Shown: piece by piece, positions 8,233-15,041 of the stretch
How the letters are laid out: every line of letters starts with the position of its first letter
Position numbering within the stretch: position 1 is the stretch's first letter
Assembly: GCA_942492135.1 (NCBI GenBank)
Contig: CALODI010000010.1
Coordinates: 96,400 to 120,399, forward strand
Length of the DNA: 24,000 bases
Origin: an uncultured Peptostreptococcaceae bacterium
Lineage (GTDB): Bacteria > Bacillota > Clostridia > Peptostreptococcales > Peptostreptococcaceae
Reading direction: 5' to 3'
The notes under the pieces: model-generated
The model's database searches: none
What the model was told of the DNA's origin: nothing
Seen by the model: the letters and a program-made list of their open reading frames with translations, nothing else
Made by a program: the position numbers and the translations under genes

Positions 8233-8391
8233 TTTGATGATCTATTGAACAATGATGAAGGTTTTATATTTGGGAAAATAGGTGATAAGTACATCACAAA
8301 ATTACAAACAGAGGACGGTCATATATTAATTATTGGAGGAGCTGGAAGTGGTAAAAGTTCATGTATGGCAATTTTAACTCTCTTAAACTGA
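8233..8391 (+). pseudogene. N-terminal fragment of a VirD4/TraG-like type IV coupling protein (Walker A)
   Basis: The frame reads FDDLLNNDEGFIFGKIGDKYITKLQTEDGHILIIGGAGSGKSSCMAILTLLN then stops. This pattern (GxxxGK, about 15 aa, H-hydrophobic run, G-GSGKS) is typical of conjugative coupling ATPases. Only about 52 codons remain. Confidence 0.45.
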
Positions 8392-8512
8392 ACAAGTCCT
8401 GTATTTGTACCAGAAAATGTTGTATTATTGATATAAGTAAAAGAAAATATATTAAGCAAGTATATTATATGTATTAGGAAAAACAAAAGAGAGATCTTAG
8501 AAAGGAAAAATT

Positions 8513-10591
8513 ATGATTCAAAATATATGTGATAAAAGAAAGTCTTTAATCCTTGTAGTAGATGATTCTAAATTAATTCGATTTACATTTAGGAATTTTT
8601 TAGAGAATGAAGGTTATGAGGTTATTGAGGCTGAAGATGGCATCGCGGCTCTTTCTCTATTTGCAAAACTAAAGCCCGATATCGTTCTAATGGATTATGT
8701 AATGCCAGAGGTAGATGGTGTTACTGCCTGTACTCAATTACAGGAATTACCTAATGGGAAGTCTACTCCTGTAATTATGGTTACCTCTCTTGAAGATGAA
8801 AACTCTGTAAACCTTGCTTTTGAGGCTGGTGCTACTGATTATATTAGTAAGCCAATCAACTGGGCTGTTTTACGCCAACGTCTAAGACGTTTAATACGTG
8901 CAAGACATACAGAGATAATACTTGATCAAAGTGAATCATTTGCGCGTTCTATAATCAACCATGCAATCGAGGGAATTATTACTATCGATATTAATGGAAT
9001 AGTCAGATATATTAATCCTGCAGCTGAACAAATTTTTGGCTATATGCCTAGTGAGATAATAGGAGAAAACATTAATATGATTATTCCAGAACTTTCTTAT
9101 AGAGATTACGATAATTTTGATATTAATGATAAATTTATACATATGACCAAGGAAATAATTGGCCAGCGAAAGGATACCTCCACATTATCTATTGACCTTA
9201 CAGTAAGTAAGTTTTATGTAGAGGAAAAATATTTTTTTACTATTATCCTTCGTGATATTACGGAACAAAAACGTTATGAGGAAATGATCAGGCATCAAGC
9301 TTTTTACGATTCTTTAACCAATCTACCTAATCGACTTTTATTAAAAGAACGTATTGAGCTTGAAATTTCTCGTGCTAAACATACTGGCCAGAAGGTGGCA
9401 GTAATGTTTCTTGATTTAGATAGATTTAAGCTTATTAATGATACCCTTGGACACGATATCGGAGATAAAGTACTGAAAGAAATCGCCAAGAGACTAAAAA
9501 GTTGTGTACGTGAAGACGATATCACTTCTCGGATAGGAGGTGACGAATTTGTAATTTTACTACCTGGAATAACTCATGAAGAAAACGTAGGTAGAATTGC
9601 TAATAAAATCCTTAATACTATCAAGCAACCGTTAATAATTGACAATCACGAACTGTATCTCACTATTAGCATTGGAATTACTATTTGTCCCAATGATGGT
9701 GAAGATGATGAAGTGTTACTGACAAATGCTGACATTGCTATGTATCGGGCTAAAGAAAAGGGTAAAAATAATTTCCAGCTATATACACCATCTTTGAATG
9801 CCAAAGCTCTTGAACGATTAGAACTGGAAAATAGTTTGCGCCGCGCTCTAGAATATAAAGAATTTGTAGTTTATTACCAGCCCAAAGTAAACACTAAAAC
9901 TGAGAAAGTAACTGGAATGGAAGCCTTGATACGCTGGCAACATCCCCAATGGGGGTTAGTTCCTCCACAAAAATTTATTCCTTTAGCTGAAGAAACTGGG
10001 TTGATTGTACCTATTGGCGAATGGGTATTACATACTGCTTGTGCCCAAAATAAAGCCTTACAAAACGCTGGATTCCCTCCTTTGACTGTGGCCGTTAATC
10101 TTTCGGTAAGGCAATTTGAGTTACAAGACTTAACAAAAATGGTCTTAAAGACATTGAAAGAAACTGGGCTAGAACCACAATACTTAGAATTAGAAATTAC
10201 AGAAAGTATAGCTATGCAGAATGTAAAACATACACTGGATACGATTAGTAAATTAAAAGCGATGGGAGTTAAGTTTTCCATAGATGATTTCGGTACTGGA
10301 TATTCTTCTTTAAGTCAATTAAGTAGTTTTTCTGTAAATAAATTGAAAATTGACAAGTCTTTTATAAGTAAGATTACTGAAGAAAAAGGTAATTCAATAA
10401 TTGCTTCAACAGTCTTAGCTTTAGGAAAAAGCCTTGAACTAGGGGTAGTTGCTGAAGGCGTTGAAAATGAAGAACAGGCTGATTTCTGTAAGGAAAATAA
10501 TTGTGACGAAATGCAGGGTTATTTTTTTGGTAAACCTATGTCTAACGAAAATTTTGAGAAGTTTTATTGTCAAAAACTCCAAGAAAGTTAA
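8513..10591 (+). CDS. response-regulator receiver-PAS-GGDEF-EAL protein (c-di-GMP turnover)
   Basis: 692 aa. REC domain (LVVDDS...DIVLMDYVMPEVDG...KP), PAS domain (IINHAIEGIITIDINGIVRYINPAAEQIFGY), GGDEF domain (RIGGDEFVILL, with RxxD-like context), and EAL domain (EALIRW, ELEITES, DDFGTGYSS, KIDKSF, EGVE, QGY). Confidence 0.9.
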   Translation: MIQNICDKRKSLILVVDDSKLIRFTFRNFLENEGYEVIEAEDGIAALSLFAKLKPDIVLMDYVMPEVDGVTACTQLQELPNGKSTPVIMVTSLEDENSVNLAFEAGATDYISKPINWAVLRQRLRRLIRARHTEIILDQSESFARSIINHAIEGIITIDINGIVRYINPAAEQIFGYMPSEIIGENINMIIPELSYRDYDNFDINDKFIHMTKEIIGQRKDTSTLSIDLTVSKFYVEEKYFFTIILRDITEQKRYEEMIRHQAFYDSLTNLPNRLLLKERIELEISRAKHTGQKVAVMFLDLDRFKLINDTLGHDIGDKVLKEIAKRLKSCVREDDITSRIGGDEFVILLPGITHEENVGRIANKILNTIKQPLIIDNHELYLTISIGITICPNDGEDDEVLLTNADIAMYRAKEKGKNNFQLYTPSLNAKALERLELENSLRRALEYKEFVVYYQPKVNTKTEKVTGMEALIRWQHPQWGLVPPQKFIPLAEETGLIVPIGEWVLHTACAQNKALQNAGFPPLTVAVNLSVRQFELQDLTKMVLKTLKETGLEPQYLELEITESIAMQNVKHTLDTISKLKAMGVKFSIDDFGTGYSSLSQLSSFSVNKLKIDKSFISKITEEKGNSIIASTVLALGKSLELGVVAEGVENEEQADFCKENNCDEMQGYFFGKPMSNENFEKFYCQKLQES

Positions 10592-10687
10592 TTACCTAGA
10601 TTTCGTACAAATGTAATTATTTATTCACTATAAAATACCAATTGATTAAATCTCTAATTTGAAAAAACTATAGGTCTTAATCCCAAA

Positions 10688-10883
10688 ACAAATGACATTA
10701 AAATACCGCTAATGTGGTAAATATTTTTAATAAAACTAAGAATTACATCTTATTGAATCTCCTAAAAGTTCTGAACTCCCTCGAGGTCAAACAACGAACT
10801 TTCTTAACGGATATTCAAACGCTGTAATTCAAGTTTTATACAAAAATATTTAAAGCATTCGCTAACATTTTGATGCCATTTGT
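10688..10883 (+). repeat. long-hairpin repeat, copy B (inside the IS1380-like element)
   Basis: Near-colinear with copy A (...attaaaataccgctaatgtgg...tcctaaaagttctgaactccctcgaggtcaaacaacgaactttcttaacggatattcaaa...cattcgctaacattttgatg...), followed by tttgttttttt. Confidence 0.8.
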
Positions 10884-11018
10884 TTTTTTAGCATGTTTCT
10901 TAGATATGAAATGGATTTAAATATATGTTATTTTCAAAAAAGACAAAAAGAAACAAAGGCAATTAATTCATTACCATCATTTGTAATAAACGTTCTGTTT
11001 TATTTCTTATCTAAATTA

Positions 11019-12110
11019 TCATAAATTAAAACTTAATTGCTCATATGAAGGATTACACATTGCGTTAGCAATGAGGTTTGCAAGTTTAGTTATGGTTGGA
11101 ATATCTACAATTATTTCATTTAAAGTACGCTTTACAAATCCTTTTACATTTCCTACTTTTTTTACTAAATCTCCGATACCTACATTTTTTAATGGTGTAT
11201 CTTTTAATAGTGTTTCTTTAAATAAAACAATAAGATTATGAGTTATAAAAACGATCCACAAAAAAGCATAAATCCCATGAAACTTAGTAGTCCTAAGGTT
11301 TCTAATATGATAAACAATTTTAGCCATTTTAAAAAAAGCTTCTATAGTTTTTGCAATGTTTTTTGCTGTTTTAGAAGAATATCCTTTTATAACGAATTTT
11401 AATTTTGATACAGAAGATACCATATCTATTATTTCCTCAGTTCCATATCCGCTATCCGCACGTATAATTAGCTTACTTATTTTTAATTGTTCACTATATT
11501 TTTCTAATGAAGAATTTAAAAGGTCTCTGAATCTATGTGAGCAATGAACATTTCCAGAATCAAGATACATTCCAACTGTCTCGGCATTTTTTCCTGCAAA
11601 TGCTGCTGATAATTGATATCCAGATTGATTCTTTTTCTTTGAAAAGTATCCTTTTGTGCTACCTTCATAAGATTTACCATTTGCAATCAAACCAGATTGA
11701 TCAAAGTCTACGACTATCTGCTCTTGAGAATTAGCCGAAGAACTATGTTCTTTGAAAAGTTCGCTATGAATATCTTCAAGTTGAGATATATTTGTAGAAT
11801 CCATTCGCCTTAAAAGAATATTAATTTGAGATTGATCCGGGAAACTATCCATGTTAAATAAATTTGCTGATAGTTTTTCAGTTCCGAGCTTTTCGTTTAT
11901 ATCTTTCATAAATTCACAGCCCATTACAATTGACATTATTATCGTCATCATCTTTTGATAAACAGAATATTTAACTTTTTTCATTTTTAATTCAAAGTAC
12001 TTAAAAGGCTTGAAAAAGTCAATTTTTAAGCCAAATTTCATTACAGCAATCAACCAAGTGGAAGTAGTCTCCTCTTTACAATTATTCTGTTTAAATGTTA
12101 TTCTTTTCAT
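11019..12110 (-). CDS. IS1380-family DDE transposase, internally shortened (likely non-functional)
   Basis: The start is moved to ATG 12110 (MKRITFKQ), with GGTGG 8 nt upstream. VVDFDQSG...STKGYFSKKKNQSGYQLSAAFAG...LDSGNVHCSHRF...IRADSGYG...KFVIKGYSS parallels the ISEcp1 D, KGYNPKK, RSGN, RMDSGY and YLIKAK blocks (from memory). Roughly 85-95 residues seem missing before the TIEAFFKMAK (E-containing) block. Confidence 0.65.
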   Translation of the reverse strand: MKRITFKQNNCKEETTSTWLIAVMKFGLKIDFFKPFKYFELKMKKVKYSVYQKMMTIIMSIVMGCEFMKDINEKLGTEKLSANLFNMDSFPDQSQINILLRRMDSTNISQLEDIHSELFKEHSSSANSQEQIVVDFDQSGLIANGKSYEGSTKGYFSKKKNQSGYQLSAAFAGKNAETVGMYLDSGNVHCSHRFRDLLNSSLEKYSEQLKISKLIIRADSGYGTEEIIDMVSSVSKLKFVIKGYSSKTAKNIAKTIEAFFKMAKIVYHIRNLRTTKFHGIYAFLWIVFITHNLIVLFKETLLKDTPLKNVGIGDLVKKVGNVKGFVKRTLNEIIVDIPTITKLANLIANAMCNPSYEQLSFNL

Positions 12111-12243
12111 AAATAATACCACCTTTCTTATTCTAGATTTGTTTTTCAAGGCGAATTCTTTTATAATAATATGGTATTATTTTTTTGTCTTTTATTCTAT
12201 GGTAAAAATAGGGGATGAAGTTTTAATTTATAATAGAGTTGCT

Positions 12244-12452
12244 AATATTAAAACTGTCTATACAAATGTTAGTGAATGCTTTTAGATATTTTGACTAATA
12301 TAACTTAGGTTTTATCGTTTAATATTCCGTTAAAAAATTTGAGTGTTTGACCGTAGGGAGTTCTCAAATTTTAGGACTATTAATAAGATAGAATCTTAGT
12401 TATATTCAAAATATCGTTGTATTCACGGTATTTTTATAGATAGTTTTTAATA
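12244..12452 (-). repeat. long-hairpin repeat, copy C (inverted relative to A and B; inside the IS1380-like element)
   Basis: The reverse complement reads ...ataaaaataccgtgaatacaacg...tcctaaaatttgagaactccctacggtcaaacactcaaattttttaacgg...cattcactaacattt.... It is more diverged, but arm complementarity is kept. Confidence 0.7.
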
Positions 12453-12550
12453 ACCCAAAGACCCTAAAAAAATAACCCAGATTTCGTTTGTACGAAATCT
12501 AGGTAATTAAGATATTTATAATAATATTTTTATCTAACCTCAAGAATTTT

Positions 12551-12800
12551 GGTTCTGGTGCAAAAAATATTGAATGCTAGAGTAATCCCTTTTTCAATTG
12601 TACTTTATGTCACTAAGCTAAATAATTTATTGATAAATTCAACTTCAGCAAGGGCACATCGATTTATACCCTCGACCTGCCCTTTTTTATCATATGAAAA
12701 GCTTCAATTCCTTTTAATGTTTTTCTTGATGTATTAAAGGATTTAAATCAAGCATAGTTTGTATTTAACAATTCCATGAATGGTTATTTGGGGATTAGTT
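12551..12800 (-). mobile_element. IS6-family element remnant (terminal IR plus frameshifted 3' end of the transposase gene)
   Basis: GGTTCTGGTGCAAAAAAT at 12551-12568 resembles the IS257/IS1216-type IR GGTTCTGTTGCAAAGT (from memory). Minus-strand frames read ...FNTSRKTLKGIEAFHMI then, after a 1-nt shift in an A-run, KKGQVEGINRCALAEVEFINKLFSLVT-stop (stop at 12605-12607). This matches the typical IS6 transposase C-terminus. Confidence 0.55.
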
Positions 12801-12877
12801 AAGGTTTTATATGATAACGTACATTTTTTATTAGTTCAATTTAATTATACAATTAAGCAAATTTATTAAAACAAGGC

Positions 12878-12926
12878 AAGCTTATTAAAATCCTATTTAG
12901 TAGGTATTTTAATAAGCTTTATTTTT
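12878..12926 (+). repeat. collapsed mini version of the long-hairpin repeat (outer stem only); terminator-like
   Basis: aagcttattaaaat (12878-12891) pairs with attttaataagctt (12906-12919), plus cct/agg, followed by tatttttag. The sequence of the stem and the 3' tail (tttttagttag) matches the outer stem and tail of copy A (aaggcttattaaaatacc...ttaataagccttatttttttagttag). Confidence 0.6.
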
Positions 12927-13124
12927 AGTTAGATTATTAGTTGTAAGAGGTGTATAAAAAATATGCTAATTATATCGATATATCTACCTTTCATTTACTT
13001 AAATTAAGGGAAATGTTCAAAAATTGAAGAAATTGAATAATATTCCAAAATGTTTTAAGATATAGTTATTATTAAGTTCAAAAATAGATAAATTTGTTTA
13101 ATTACTTAAAAAACAGGAGGGAAT

Positions 13125-13496
13125 ATGGAGATAATAGGGGATATGATAGGTTTATTAATAGGATTAATGACAATTACTTTTTTATTGAGGACTATTTATA
13201 AAAAAGTAATTGATATTATTGAGCAGAGGAAAAAACCTATTCAAACAGTTAGAGCAACTTTAATTTCAAAGAGGATGGATCCTAGAACAAGTGTAAGTTC
13301 GAAGGAGGGGGTATCTAATTTCTATGTAATTTATTATTTGGTTTTTAAATTAGAAAATGGAGAGGAAATAGAATTTCTAGTAAAACTTAAAGAATATGCA
13401 ATTATATTAGAAGGAAATATAGGAAAATTAACTTTTAAAGGAAATCGATATATTAAATTTTATCTTGAAAAAATAAGTGAAGATGCAACAGAGTAG
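13125..13496 (+). CDS. membrane-anchored DUF2500 (YhhM-like) protein
   Basis: RBS caggaggg lies upstream. An N-terminal TM helix is followed by ...ATLISKR...YYLVFKLENGEEIEFLV..EYAIILEGNIGKLTFKGNRYIKF, which matches the architecture of E. coli YhhM/DUF2500 as I recall it. Confidence 0.6.
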   Translation: MEIIGDMIGLLIGLMTITFLLRTIYKKVIDIIEQRKKPIQTVRATLISKRMDPRTSVSSKEGVSNFYVIYYLVFKLENGEEIEFLVKLKEYAIILEGNIGKLTFKGNRYIKFYLEKISEDATE

Positions 13497-13556
13497 TATG
13501 CAATATGTATAAATTGAGTACTAAATTAAAGAATTTAAAAAGCTGTTTGATAGGAT

Positions 13557-13925
13557 GTGATTCACATTATAAATAAAATTTTAATTTCTATAGTTGCTCT
13601 TTTGAATATATATGAGAGTATCAGAATTCTTTATCTAGCAAAAAAAGATAATTATAATAATGATGATTTTTTAAAGAGCAATAACAATAATCTAACTAAA
13701 ATATTAAACATTACTAATGCTTGCCTTTTAATCTATTTTTTTATAATAGCAAGTCTGGAATATCGTCACCTAGCTATTATAATTTTTTATATAAACTTTT
13801 TTTTACGAGATTTTTACATACAATACAAGTATTCTAAAAATGATAAAAACAGAGGTCAGTTAATTCCATATGGAATAGTTGCTATATTCTTTACGATACT
13901 TTTAATTGTAGATTCATTAAGCTAA
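13557..13925 (+). CDS. hypothetical small membrane protein (about 4 TM)
   Basis: 122-aa ORF with a GTG start and weak RBS (tagga). Hydrophobic segments alternate with Asn/Lys-rich loops. No recognisable motif. Confidence 0.4.
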   Translation: MIHIINKILISIVALLNIYESIRILYLAKKDNYNNDDFLKSNNNNLTKILNITNACLLIYFFIIASLEYRHLAIIIFYINFFLRDFYIQYKYSKNDKNRGQLIPYGIVAIFFTILLIVDSLS

Positions 13926-14000
13926 AAATAAAATGTTTAATTTATATTACTATAGGCAAAATAAATATATTATAGATATATTTAAGTGTGGTGATATAAA

Positions 14001-14369
14001 GTGAGAACACAAAAGTTTGTAGCTGTTATAGGTATTAATAAAGGTCATTTTCATAAAAATAATAAACATGAAAATAAAGAGGATATATATTTAAAGTGGC
14101 AGTCATTAGCTAAGAAAGATTATGAACTAAAAGGGGTGTATGTTTCTGCTAATATATCTAAAATAAAGACCATATATCATGAAAAGTGGGGTTGTCCATT
14201 AGGTGGAGAAGATACTTATGAAATAAGAGGAGTATGTAATCCTACATTTTCTGATTTAAATAAGTGGAAGGAGATTGTTTTAGATATTGTTAAAGAGTTA
14301 AAGTTATATTATGAGCAATCAAGTTGTAGTTTGGAATTTTGCGAGTGTGAGTTTTATTACTTAAAGTGA
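14001..14369 (+). CDS. hypothetical soluble protein, Cys-containing (WGCPLGG, CSLEFCECEF)
   Basis: 122-aa ORF with a GTG start preceded by ggtga. No family recognised. Confidence 0.4.
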   Translation: MRTQKFVAVIGINKGHFHKNNKHENKEDIYLKWQSLAKKDYELKGVYVSANISKIKTIYHEKWGCPLGGEDTYEIRGVCNPTFSDLNKWKEIVLDIVKELKLYYEQSSCSLEFCECEFYYLK

Positions 14370-14444
14370 TAAGACCTATTAATATATACTTTTCTATATA
14401 TTAATAGTAAAATAAGATATAGTAAAGCTACGGGAGTTGATATT

Positions 14445-14780
14445 ATGATGAGTGGATTTATATTTGCGTTAGTTGGAGTCATAAGTATTGCTTATGCTTT
14501 TTCTGTTAAAAAGTCTGAAAGAAGACAAAAGAAGCTTTTGGAAGTTTTGAAGAAAAATGATGAGGGTGAAATTATATTTGGGAGCAAGAAATTTAAAAGT
14601 GAAGAAGGATATTTTTCTTACCAATTTTACAGTTACTTAAATTCGGGTATATTTGCATTAATATATGGGTTTGCAGTTAATACTTTTAATTTATATAAAA
14701 GAGGTTTGTGGGTACTTATATCTTTTTTAATCCTCATATATATAAATCAATTGATTTATAAAAAATTCGCTTCATGCTAA
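14445..14780 (+). CDS. hypothetical small membrane protein (3 TM)
   Basis: 111-aa ORF with RBS gggag 9 nt upstream. An N-terminal TM helix is followed by a charged linker and two C-terminal TM helices. Confidence 0.5.
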   Translation: MMSGFIFALVGVISIAYAFSVKKSERRQKKLLEVLKKNDEGEIIFGSKKFKSEEGYFSYQFYSYLNSGIFALIYGFAVNTFNLYKRGLWVLISFLILIYINQLIYKKFASC

Positions 14781-14921
14781 CGCATGGCTCATGTCGACAA
14801 CGAGTTCTACGGGCTCCGTTGCTCAAATTAGTTGTAAATTTAGTGATTTAATCAACGTTATTCATAGATTTAAAATTTTATAAGTTTATATTAAGTAAAA
14901 AACATAAAGATATGTAATTTG

Positions 14922-14957
14922 AATCTTTCTTGGATAATCCAAGAAAGATTTTTTTTA
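14922..14957 (+). terminator. strong rho-independent terminator
   Basis: aatctttcttgga (14922-14934) pairs perfectly with tccaagaaagatt (14938-14950) and runs into tttttttt. Confidence 0.8.
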
Positions 14958-15041
14958 TTGTATTCAAAATAGTTAAAGCATTAATCAAAAAGTAAAATCA
15001 TATACATATATAGCAAGTCAGTTTACAAGGGGGTAAGTTAA

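Larger units (their letters stand above)
10595..12503 (-). mobile_element. IS1380-family insertion sequence (ISEcp1-like termini), probably defective
   Basis: Perfect inverted repeats: CCTAGATTTCGTACAAA at 10595-10611 and its reverse complement at 12487-12503. The identity extends into a palindromic TAATTA flank on each side (10589-10594 and 12504-12509). The element encloses an IS1380-like transposase gene on the minus strand. The CCTAGATT terminus matches the ISEcp1 IR as I recall it. Confidence 0.65.

Noticed and set aside
8936-10281. Three minus-strand ORFs (8936-9142, 9304-9525, 9874-10281) inside the GGDEF-EAL gene
   Set aside because: All lie antisense to a gene with clear domain motifs. 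They are explained by the plus-strand codon composition.
11356-12285. Plus-strand ORFs 11356-11547, 11537-11734 and 12010-12285, opposite or beside the IS1380 transposase gene
   Set aside because: These are antisense shadows of the transposase gene or run into the hairpin repeat. No RBS or recognisable motif.
10588-12510. The 24-bp perfect inverted repeat read as a duplicated and inverted gene terminator (inversion of 10612-12486) rather than IS termini
   Set aside because: The right copy does form a terminator-like hairpin with a U-run on the minus strand. However, the CCTAGATT terminus, the enclosed IS1380-like transposase and the typical element length favour IS ends. Whether the flanking TAATTA is a target duplication or an IR extension cannot be decided because it is palindromic.
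12549-12737. 62-aa plus-strand ORF starting at TTG
   Set aside because: It begins inside the IS6-type terminal inverted repeat and lies antisense to the recognisable IS6 transposase C-terminal remnant, so it is spurious.
14781-14830. Locally GC-rich patch (cgcatggctcatgtcgacaacgagttctacgggctccgttgctc) resembling the apical core of the hairpin repeats (gtcagacaacgaac...)
   Set aside because: The similarity is only about 11 nt and needs an indel, and the patch lacks the flanking arms. That is too short to call a repeat fragment without a statistical search.
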